From Nitrospirales bacterium (lineage in GTDB: Bacteria; Nitrospirota; Nitrospiria; Nitrospirales; UBA8639): a stretch of DNA of 64,000 nt. Within the stretch, counting starts at the first letter, position 1; the number at the start of each line of letters is the position of its first letter. The stretch spans positions 2,440,424 through 2,504,423 of the forward strand of contig OZ242177.1 of NCBI GenBank assembly GCA_965205795.1, given 5' to 3'. The translations under genes were made by a program, and so were the position numbers. Under the pieces are notes generated by a model. It was given only the letters and a program-made list of their open reading frames with translations. It did no database searches and was not told where the DNA came from. Of the stretch, positions 13,301 to 25,300 are shown one piece after another.

Positions 13301-16300
13301 CCTATACGGCGGCCACCCGCGTCCTGTCCGGCACGCCGACCGAAACCGGCACCACCATTTTGGCCTACACCGCCACCGACTCGGCCACGCCCCCGGCCGT
13401 CAGCACGCAGGTCTTTGGCGTCTCGGTGAACGCCATCCCGCTTGGGGATGGCCCGATTCTGCCGCTGATGATCCCGCTGACCTATACGCTCGACGAGCCG
13501 ATTCCGCCGACGACGCTGCCGATGGCCCTGGCGCAGAAAGCCGATAGCACCACTGTTGGGCCGTTGACGTACACCCTGACCGGGCCGGGCGGCGCCGCCC
13601 TGCCCGCCGGCCTGACCTTTACAGCGGCCACCCGCGCACTATCCGGCACCCCGACCGCCCTGGGCGTCACCCCGTTGACCTACACGGTCACCGACCTTGA
13701 CGATGACACCACCACCACGCGCATCTTCAACGTCGTGGTGATTGAGCCGGTGCCGATGCCGGGCGTAACGTTGCCCACGCCGGGCAATCAGCGCTATGTC
13801 CTTGACGAGGCGCTCACGCCTCCCGTGACCCTGCCGGCCTCCCCGGACTTCATCGGGACGCCCACCTACACCCTGACCGGGCCGGAAGGCGCGTTGCTGG
13901 GGACCGCCGTGCCGGGCCTCGTCTTTACCCCGGCCACCCGTGAGCTCTCCGGCACGCCGACCACCCTGGGCGTCACCCCGCTGACCTACACGGTCGCCGA
14001 CGCCGCTGGTGTCACCGGCGCCGTCAGTGTGACCTTCGACGTGGCGGTCGTCAGAGACGGCCCCCTGACCCTGCCCACTCCGGATGATCAGCGCTACGAG
14101 CTCAACCAGGCAATCACCCCGACGACCCTGCTGGCCGCCACCGACTTCACTGGCGCGGTGGTCCGCTACACCCTGACCGGGACGGACGGCACCCTGACCT
14201 TTGCCCTGCCCATCGGCCTGACCTTTAATCCGGTCGACCGCGTGCTGTCCGGCACGCCGAGGACCGGCTTCGACTTCGACTTCAGCTTCGTCAATACTCT
14301 GGCCTACACCGCCACCGACGAGAACGGCTCCGTCACGGAGAACTTTGACGTCACCATCACCGCGGTCGATGCGCCGGTCGCGACCGCGCCGGACAATCAG
14401 CGCTATACGGTCGGCCGGCTGATCACGCCCCTGACGCTGGAGTCTGGCCCGTCGAGTCCGGGGGTGACGACCTACACCCTGACCGGGCCGACCGCCGGGC
14501 CGGGCGACGCCGACCTGCCCGCCGGCCTGACCTTTACTCCGGCCACCCGTGTCCTGACCGGCACGCCGACCACCGTGGCCGACGCCGTCACGCTGACCTA
14601 CACGGTCACCGACACCGTCATCACCGACACGGCGACCTTTGACGTCACCATCACCCCGGAGACGGCGCCGACCATCACCGCCATTGCGTTGACCTCGGAC
14701 GCCGGCGACGGCGTCTATGCGCTTGGCGACGAGATTGAAGCGACCGTCACCTTCAGCGAGGCGGTCATCGTCACCGGCCAGCCGCGGCTGGCGCTGATCG
14801 TGGGCACGCAGACGCGCCAGGCGGTCTACGACAGTGGCCGCAGCACGGACACGACGCTGGTGTTCCGCTACACGGTGGCCGTCGGCGACCTTGACGATGA
14901 CGGCGTGAGCATCGGCATCAATGCGCTGACCCACACCACCGGCCCCGGCAGTGCGATTCTGGACGCGGCCGACGACACCGTCGACGCGCTGATCACGCAC
15001 AGTGTGACGGTGGCCGGCACCCCCGCGCATACCGTCGACGGCATCGCCCCGACGGTGAGCACGGCCACCATCAACGGCGCGGCCCTGATACTGACCTACA
15101 CCGAGACGCTTGACGACACCTCGGCGCCGGCGCCGGCAGACTACACGCTGACCCTGGAGTCGGGTGTTGCGCCGGTGGTGAGCGGTGTGGCCATCAACGG
15201 GGATACGGTGACGCTGACGCTGAACACGCCCGTGGTATTGAGCGACACAGTGATGCTGCTGACCTACACCGTCGGCGCCAACCCGGTGCAGGATGAGGCG
15301 GGCAACGATGCCGCCGGTTTCATCCGCTCAATGGTGCCTAACCAGACGCCGCCGCCAACGGCCAGTCTGGCCGCCCCGGCCAGCGCCACGCTGACGGAAG
15401 GGGGAGACACGACTACGACTACACTGGTGGTGAACCTGGATGCCGCAGCGCCGGTCGGCGGCGTGCAGGTGCAGTTGGACAGCCTGCAGACGGTGCCGTC
15501 CACCACGCCGCCCAACGTGACCTACGGGCTGGATTACGATGTGACGCTTCGGGTCACCACCGACCCCGACTCGACCTGCGCCAGCGCCGGTTTCAGTTTT
15601 GACGCCGCCGACCCGACCACGCTGATGTCCCGGCAGGTGGTGGTGCCGTTCCCCGCCGGCTGCACCAGCCAGACACTGACAGTGAGGGCGCTTGAAGACG
15701 TGGACGGACTGGACGAAACCCTGGTCTTCAGCCTGGCAATGCCGGCGGATGACGCCGGCTACACGGTCACGTCCGTGACCAACGAGGCCAGCCGCACCCT
15801 GACGGTCACCGACAATGAGCCGGTGGTGACGCTGCGTCCGCTGCGCGATCCGTCTCCGATGGTGAGCGTTGAAGATGTCGTCGCAGAGCAAAACAGGATC
15901 GCGGTCGACGCCCTTCTTCCGGGGTATGTTTCGGGGACCGTGACGGTCAATGTTATGGTCACCGGCGACATTGATAACGGGGATGTGACCCTGGAGAGCG
16001 GGACGGAAGCCACCCCGCTGCTGCAATTGAACACGCTGGTCATTAACGGGACGCGCACCCTGGACATCGGCGGCGCGCCGACGCCGGCGTCTGTGGAACA
16101 GATCTTTTCCGTCGTGCCCGATAACCTGGACGAGCCCGAAGAGACGGCGACCGTGATGCTGCTGCCGGGCAACGGCTACCGGTTGCCGGCCGCCGACCGC
16201 CGCCACAGCGTCAGGATACTGGACTCGCTGCGTGTGACCATCCCGAACACCGCCCCGCGCATCGCCGTTGAGGGAGGCGGGGAGGCCGCGGTGGCCAGGG

Positions 16301-19300
16301 TCACGCTGGAATTAAACCGGCCGATAAGGCCGGACCTGGCCGAGACCTCCGTCGTGGCGAATGTGAGTATCCGGCTGCCGACATCGAACCCGGAGTTTGC
16401 GGATAGTGAGTACGCCGTGGGCCTGGTCGAAAGCTCCACGGTGAAGTTCATCGGGCTTGACCCCGATCGCATCCCCCAGGTTGACGGTTTCTACACCGTG
16501 GAGTTCCCGACAGACGCAGGCAGTGTGCAAAGCGTCACGCTCACCATCACCGCGAATGAGGACGACAACGCCATTGACGAAGTGGTCACGCTCAGCCTGA
16601 TTGCGTTGCGTGTCAATATCCTCGGCCGCGCCTACACCACCACCCCGGCCCCGATGCCCGTGCTGATCACCCTGCAGGATAATGATGATGCCGGGGCGAC
16701 GCTGGCCGGCACCTTGACCGAAGACACCCTGAACGGCGCGACGGTGACGGTGACGCTGAACACCGAATACGAGCCGGAGACCGAGCTGACGGATGCCGAC
16801 TTCACGCTGACCACCACGAACGTGCCCGGGACGGTGACGGTGAGCGGTGTCAGCCGCGACAGCGCCACCGAGGCCACGTTGACGCTGACGTATGTCGGCG
16901 AGGACCTCACCGCCGACGGCACGTTGTCCGTCACGGTACTGGATTCCGGGCACACCGGCAGCGGCGATCTGATCACCAACAGCGTGCTGATCACGGCCAT
17001 CATTGACGACCTCACCGGCGCGGTTACGGAAGGCGGCGTCGCGGTTACGACCATTGACACCGACACCGGCCGGTTGTTCCTGCCCGGCGGTTTTGTGCCC
17101 CAGGCCGGCGACACCGACCGGGCCAACGGGCAGGGCGCCTACGGCAGCTTCACTCTGGCCGCCGCCGGGACGTGGACCTATACGCTGAATAACGACGACC
17201 CCGACACCAACGAGCTGGCCGCCGGCGTTACGATGACCGACATCTTCACCGCCGTCTCCGCCGCCGACGCCAGCGTGACGCAAGCTGTCACCATCACCGT
17301 CACCGGCGCCAATGATGCGCCCACAGCGAATGCCGGGTCGGACCAACCCGCCGTAACTGCCGGAGCCACCGTCACGCTGGACGGCAGCGGCAGCAGCGAC
17401 CCGGATACCGGTGATGCGATTGACACCTACACCTGGACGCAGCCCGGCGGCACGACAGTAACCTTGAGTGACAACAGCGCCATGCCGACCTTCACCGCGC
17501 CCGCGGTTGCCACTGACCTGACGTTTTCACTGATTGTCAACGACGGCAGTGTGGATTCCGCCGCCGACACCGTGACCATCACGGTGACCGACGCTGCTGG
17601 TGTGGGTGGCATCGTGCTGTTGCCGGCGAGTTTGACGGTCTCTGAGACCGGGAGCGCGTCTTACGATGTGTCGTTGTCAGTGGCGCCTTCGGGACGAGTG
17701 GATGTTGTCATAGCAGACGGAGCGGGTTCGGACGGATTGACATTTGACCCGACCGCACTGGTCTTTGATGCTGGCAATTGGAATGTTGCTCAGGCGGTCA
17801 CGGTAACGGCGGACCGTGGCGCTCAGTCGGGGAGTCGGACCCACACGGCAAGCGGCAGCGGCTACAGTGCCACGCAAGACTTGAGTGTCACGGTGCTGCC
17901 GCAGCCCGGACTTGTGCAGGACTTCACCGCCACTCCCAGACCTTTCGGTCGTGCGAGAGTCGTATTGAATTGGGCGGCGCCGGAAAATGCGGTTGCTGCT
18001 GCTGTCACCCAATACGAGCTGCAAAGGAGGGCAAGAAGTGCAACAGACTTTGTGCCTTTGGAGACACTCACAGTTGGTAGCACCACAACTCAATTCGTTC
18101 TCCCACCAGGGAATTCCGCCAGATCCTTTGAATTTCGTATAAGAGCATTGGCTGCGGGAGTGGTGGGTGAATGGGTGAGCTCTGACCCCAGTCCCGGCGC
18201 ATTGTTAAGCGTGAACACCCTCTTGGAGATAGACGAGGGTGGTACGGCGATCTATACGGTGGTATTGCAGACTAGGCCGACCGCTTCGGTAACAGTTGTG
18301 ATAAGGAGCACCGATGACGATGTGACGACCAATGTGCCGGAGACAGGCCTCACATTCACGGTGGCTAATTGGAATACTCCGCAAGAGGTGATTGTAACAG
18401 CGGCGCAGGATGATGATGCCTCTGATGATGTGGGTATTAGTCTCACTCACGATTTTCAGGGAGGCGGCTACGGAAGCGTTAGCGCGAGAGTGGATGTGGA
18501 TGTGGTGGACGATGACACTGCGCAATTGAGCGTCGTGGCGGCTCCGGTTACGGAGGGAGGCACTGCGACAGTAGAGGTACGTTTGGACAGAGCGGTTGCC
18601 GAAGGGTTCACGGTGAACTTTGCGACACAAGAAGGCGGCACTGCGACAGTTGTAGATGACTACACGGCGACATCGGGGACTCTGACCTTTGCGGGTTCTG
18701 CCGGCGAGGTTCAGACCTTCACGGTGGCAACGGTGCAGGATGAGATGGCTGAGTCCGATGAGACGGTGCAGGTTTCCTTGTCGGGATTGACCCCGTCTGA
18801 TCTGCCGATTGACCTTACCGGAGTAACAAATGTTGATGCGGTAACGATTACGGACGATGATGCTGCTGTGGACGGCGCCGGCATCGTGCTGTTGCCGGAG
18901 GATTTGACGGTATATGAGACCAGGAGCGCGTCGTACAATGTGTCGTTGTCAGAGGCGCCTTTGGGACCAGTGGCTGTTGCCATAGTTGCCAGAGCAGACG
19001 GAGCGGATTTGGGCGACTCATTGACATTGACCCCGCCCACACTGACCTTTAATGAGAGCACTTGGAATGTTGGTCAGGCGGTCACGGTAGCGGCGGCGGC
19101 TGGTATTTTGCCAGCAGACGGAAGTAGCAGTTTGACGCTGGATATCGTGCACAGGGCAAGCGGCGGCGGCTACAACAATGTTGAGGAAAGCTTGGAGTTA
19201 ACGGTGCGGCCGCAGCCCGGACGTGTGCAGACCTTCACAGCCGATCCTGCTGCTCGTGGTGGTCGTGTCATTTTGAGGTGGGAGGCGCCGGCCAATGCGG

Positions 19301-22300
19301 GTGTGGCGGCTGTAACCCACTACGAGCTGCAACGGAGGGCAAGAAGTGCAACAGACTTTGAGCCTTTGGAGACACTCACATCTGATAACACCGAAACGCA
19401 ATTCGTTCTCCCCCGAAGGACTTCCGTCACATCCTTTGAATTTCGTATCAGAGCATTGGCGGCGGGCGTGGAGGGTGAATGGGTGAGCTCTGACCCCAGT
19501 CCCGGCGCATTGTTAAGCGTGAACACCCTCCTGGAGATAGCAGAGGGTGGCACGGCGACCTATACGGTGGTCTTGCAGACTGTGCCGACCGCTTCGGTCA
19601 CAGTTGAGATAAGGAGCAACAATGGCGATGTGACGGCGACAGGCCTCACATTCACGGTGGACAATTGGGATATGCCGCAAGCGGTGATTGTCACCGCGGC
19701 GCAGGATGCTGATGCCATTGATGATGTGGGGATTAGTCTCACGCACGATTTTGAGGGAGGCGGCTACCGAAGCGTGAGCGCGAGAGTGGATGTGAGTGTG
19801 GTGGACGATGACACTGCGCAATTGAGCGTCGTGGCGGCTCCGGTTGCGGAGGGAGGAACTGCGACAGTAGCGGTACGTTTGGACAGAGCGGTTGCCGCAG
19901 GGTTCACGGTGAACTTTGCGACACAAGAAGGCGGCACTGCGACAGTTGTAGATGACTACACGGCGACATCGGGGACTCTGACCTTTGCGGGTTCTGCCGG
20001 CGAGGTTCAGACCTTCACGGTGGCCACGGTGCAGGATGAGATTGCTGAGACCGCTGAGACGGTGCAGGTTTCCTTGTCGGGATTGACCCCGTCTGATCTG
20101 CCGATTGACATTACCGGAGTAACAAATGTTGATGTGGTAACGATTACGGACGATGACCCGGCCTTCAGCACGACGACCGTTGCCGCCCAGACCTACACCG
20201 TGGGCATGGACATCGGCAGCGTCATCCTGCCGACCGCCACCGGCGGCAACGGCGCATTGACCTATACCCTTGCCCCGCTGCCGGACGGTCTGATGCTGAC
20301 CGACAACATGCTGTCCGGCATACCGGTGACGCCGCAGGCTGCGACCAACCTCGCCTACACCGTGACGGACGGCGACGGCAACACCGACACCATTGACTTC
20401 ACCATCACCATCAATGCCATCACCATCACCGGCGACACGACCGGCATGGTCACAGAAGGCGGCGTTGAGGTTGAGACCATTGACACCGCCACTGGCCGGT
20501 TGGTCAATCCCGCCGGCGACTTTGTGTCCCAGGCCGGCGCCACCGACCGGGCCAACGGGCAGGGCGCCTACGGCCGCTTCACCCTGGCCACCGGCGGCGC
20601 GTGGACCTATACGCTGGATAACGAGGACGACGACACCAACGCGCTGCCCGTCGGCGCCACGGTGACCGACATCTTTACCGCCGTCTCCCGCGCGAACGCG
20701 GGCGTGACGCAAGCCGTCACCATCACCGTCACCGGCGCCAATGACGCGCCGACCGCCGACGCGGGCGACGCCCGGACCGTGCCCCAGGGCTCCACGGTGG
20801 CGCTGATTGGCAGCGGCAGCGACCCGGACACCGGCGACCAGGCGGAGCTGACCTATGCGTGGACACAGACCGGTGGCACGCCGACCGTCACCTTCGTCCC
20901 CGGGATGGACGACACCACGGTCAATTTCGCCGCGCCTGCTGTTGGCGCGAACACGCCCCTGACGTTCACGCTGACCGTGACAGATCGGCAGACTGCCGCG
21001 GACACCGCCACCGTGACGGTCACCATTAATGCGGGCAGCACGGCCTCCGACATCACCGGCGACATTTTCGGCCTCGTCACCGAAGACGCGGAGCCGAACA
21101 CCGCCACCGGCGCGCTGACCGTGACGGCCGGCGGCACCGTTGGCGAGTTCCAGGCGCAGCCGATGCAGCCGACGGATCCGCCGGTGGTCGGCGTCTACGG
21201 CGCCTTCACGCTGGCCGACACCGGCGCGTGGACCTACACGCTGAACAACGAGAACATCGTCATCAACGCCCTGCCCCTGGGCTCCGAGGAGCTCCAGGAG
21301 ACCTTCCGGGTGGTGGCCGTCGACAGCACCCCGGCGACCGTGACCATCTTTATCAACGGCGCCAATGACCTCCCCACCGTCGAGGTTGAGCCGACGCAGA
21401 CCGTTGTCGAAGAGACCATTGTGACGCTGACCGGCACCGGCGATGACGTGGATACCGGCGACCTGTTGCGCTATCAGTGGACACAGATTGATTTTGAGCT
21501 TGCCGACCCCACGGCTGTCACGCGGCAGGTCACGCTGACCAACGCGGACACCGCCACCGCCACCTTCACCGCGCCCAATTTCCTCGCGGACACGCCCCTG
21601 ACGTTCACGCTGACCATCGCCGATGTGCATAGCGCCGGCGTCACCGCCACGGTGATCGTCACCGTGGACGCGGACGACGACCCGGTACTCATCGGCGGCG
21701 AGCAGACCGGGAGCGTCACCGAAGACGGGGCGGTGTTGGCGCGGGGCGAGTTGACGATCCGTGATCCGGATGGCCACGACCGCTTCCAGGCCCAGACGGA
21801 CGTGGCTGGCGTCTATGGCACGCTGGCGAGCCTGACCGCCACCGGCGTGTGGGTCTACGCGCTGAACAACAATGACGAAGTCGTTCAGAACCTGCGGGCG
21901 ACCGACGTGCGCACCGAGACCTTCACCGTGCAGGCCGAGGACAACACCCCCGTGATCCTCACCATCACCGTCACCGGCGCCAATGACGCGCCGACCGCCA
22001 CGGGCCGGTTCCGGAGCGACGCGCTGATCATTGACAGCAGCGTCATTGGGGGGAGTGCGGTGAGTCTGGTCGGCACGGGCACCGACCGGGATACCGGCGA
22101 GCAGGAAGCGTTGCGCTATGCATGGACGCAAGTCAGCGGCCAGCCCGACGTCACGCTGACCAACGCGGATATGGCCACCGCCACCTTCACCGCGCCGACG
22201 TTACCCGCGGAGACGACGCTGGTGTTTGCGTTGACCGTCACCGACGGGCAAGAGGCCACCGCCATCGCGCCGGTGCGTGTGCTCGTGCGGGCGGCGGACA

Positions 22301-25300
22301 ACATCCCGGCGGTCTTTACCGGGGGGACGCGCGGCCGCGTCACCGAAGACGGGGAGCCGACCGCCACCGCCACGCTGACCGTGACTGACGCGGATGGCTC
22401 TGATACTACCGTCCAGGCGCAGGCCGACCTTGTCGGCGCCTATGGCAGGTTCACGCTGAACGCCGCGACCAGCGTGTGGAGCTACACACTGAATAACGAC
22501 ACGGACGCCGTCCAGGGCCTGGCCGCGAACGAGGCCGTGCGTGAACGGTTTGCCGTGCGGGCCGCGGACGGCACGCGGGGCGAGGTCGTCATCACCGTCA
22601 ACGGCGCCAACGACGCGCCCGAAGTGTCGATTGAAGGGCCGGCAGCGGCCGTGCCCGAAGTCGATCCCGTTGGCACCCCCAGCATCGTGACCCTGACCGG
22701 CACCGGCACCGACCCGGATCGGCAAGACCGGTTGCGCTATCAGTGGACGCCGCCCGCCGGCATCCCGACCAGTGGGCTTCTCCCCTCCGCGACCTCGGCC
22801 CGCATCACCTTTGCCGTGCCGGATTTGCCCGGAGACACGGCCCTGGCGTTCACGCTGACCGTCACCGACCCGTCGGAGGTCACCGCCACCGCCATGGTCA
22901 CCGTCATGGTCACGGCGGAGAACGATGCGGCGACCTTTGGCGGCACCCACACCGGCACGGTCATTGAAAACGACAGTGCGAACAGTGTGGCCGCGGGCGT
23001 GTTGACCGTCAGAGACCCGGACACCCTCCACCGCTTCACGGCGCAGACCGACCTGGCCGGCACCTACGGCCGGTTCACCCTGTTCGCCGACGGGCGCTGG
23101 CGGTACGTCCTGGACAACGACGATCTGGACACCAACGCGCTGGCCGCGAGTGAGGAAGCCACCGACCGCTTCCCGGTGGCGACCGAGGACGGCACGACGT
23201 TCCAGCTGACGACCACGGATGGCCCGACGCCCACGGAAGTGAACGCGGTAGTCATCACCATCACCGGCTTCAATGACCCGCCGACCGTCGACGCCGGGGC
23301 CGCGCAGTTTGTGCCGACCGGGTCGACGGTGACGCTGGCCGGCATCGTCAGCGACCCGGAGAGTAGTGCGGAGGCCCTGACCTATGCGTGGACGCAAACC
23401 GGCGCTCCCGCCGTCGACCTTGCTGGCGCCGCCACCGCGACCGCCACCTTCCTCGCGCCCCCGGTCCCCGCGGACACGCCCCTGATGTTCACGCTGACCG
23501 TCACCGCGCCGGCCGCGCCAGGCGAGACAAGTGAGACAGGGGCGCAGCAGACGGTCATGGACACGGTGATCGTCACGGTGCGCCCGTTCAGCGTCCCGGC
23601 GGTCTTTAGCGGCGAGCGCACCGGCGGCGTCACCGAAGACGCGCCCACGAACACCGCCACCGCCACGTTGACCGTGACAGACGCGGATGGCCCGAATCTT
23701 GCCCGGGCGCAGACCGACATCGCCGGCACCTATGGCCGCTTCAGCATCGTCGACACCGGCGAGTGGATGTACACCCTGAACAATGCCGTTGACGCGCCGA
23801 CCCAGGCGCTGGCGGCGAATCAACAGGTCACCGAGCGGTTCACCGTCCAGGCCGTTGACGGCACGCCGGATGCGGTGGTCATCACCGTCACCGGCGCCAA
23901 CGACGCGCCGAGCGCGACCATTGACGCGCCGGCGCAGAGCGCCAACGAGGGTACCCTCGTGACCCTGAGTGGCCGCGGCCGCGACCCGGACACGCTCGAC
24001 CGGCTGACCTATGCGTGGACGCAGCGTGGCGGCACGGCCGAGACCCGCGTCACGCTGGACAACATCGAATCCCCCGACAACACGATGACCATGGTCAGCT
24101 TCACCGCGCCCGAGATCACCGCAGCCACGCCCCTGACCTTTGAGTTGACCGTCACCGACCCGACCGCCACCGACCCGGCCACGGCCACGGCGCTGGTCAC
24201 CGTCAACCCGGTTCCGGGCATCAGCAGCCTGGCGTTGACCTCAAATGCCGGTGATGGCGTCTACGCGATTGGCGACGAGATTGAAGCGACCGTCACCTTT
24301 GACGCGGCGGTCATCGTCACCGGCCAGCCGCGGCTGGCGCTGGGTGTGGGCCCGGCGACGCGGCGCCAGGCGGTGGCGGTCCCCACCGACAGCAGCAGCA
24401 GGACGACGCTGGCCTTCCGCTACACGGTTCGCGCCGGCGACCTTGACGAGGACGGCGTGAGTATTGGCGCCAATGCGCTGAGCCACACCGCCGACAGCGC
24501 GATACGAGCCGCGGCCGATGCTGCCGCCGACGCGCTGATCACGCATACCGTGACGCTGGCCGCGAGCACCGCCCATCGCGTAGACGGCATTGCCCCGGCG
24601 GTGGACCGTGTCACCCTCAGCACCACCGGCCCGTACATTGCGGGCGACGCGATTGCGTTGACGGCAACCTTCATCGACGCCGTCACGGTAATCGGCACAC
24701 CGCAGATCGCGCTGACGGTAGGCCCGGCGACGCGCCAGGCGGTCTACGCCAGCGCCCGCAGCACCCCCACGGCGCTGGTCTTCAGCTACACCGTCGTCGC
24801 CGGCGACCACGATGCCGATGGGGTTGACGTCGCACCCAATGCCCTGGCGGTCAACAGCGGCCTCATCGGGGACGCCGCCGGCAACGATGCGGTGCTTGCC
24901 CACGATGCCATTGCCGCGGTCAACGCCAATCGAGTGGACACCGCCGTGCCGACAGTCAGCACGGCAACAATTAATGGCAGGACACTGACACTGACCTACG
25001 ATGAGGCACTTGACGCCCGCTCGGTACCGGCACCGTCAGCCTACACGCTGACGCTGGCGTCGGGCACTGCCCCGACGGTGGCCAATGGCGGCGTGGCCAT
25101 CAGCGGGCAGACCGTGACGCTCACGCTGCGCACCGCCGTGGTATCGACCGATGCGGGCGTGACGCTGACCTACACTGCCGGGCCGACTCCGCTGCTGGAT
25201 CTGGCCGGCAACCAGGCCGACAACTTCAGTGACCAGGCGGTGACCAACACCACGCCCGATCTGGTTCCGGATTTCGAAGCGCAGACCATTGCCGCCCAGA

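Larger units (their letters stand above)
17591..20160 (+). repeat. Lower-GC cassette: tandem duplication (period ~1308 nt) of [NWN-type domain - FN3 - NWN-type domain - Calx-beta]
   Basis: Fully hand-translated and open in frame +1. The motif LTF....NWN..Q.V.V.A..D.D defines the unnamed NWN domains at ~17591, 18199, 18862 and 19507. The second half repeats the first (for example ttaagcgtgaacaccctc at 18206 and 19514). Lines 18001 and 18361 each count 31/60 G+C. Confidence 0.8.

Noticed and set aside
17591-20160. Lower-GC block as an inserted mobile element, IS or prophage remnant.
   Set aside because: The block is a continuous in-frame part of the +1 ORF encoding FN3, Calx-beta and NWN domains. 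I noticed no transposase or integrase ORF, and no obvious inverted repeats or target-site duplications at its ends.
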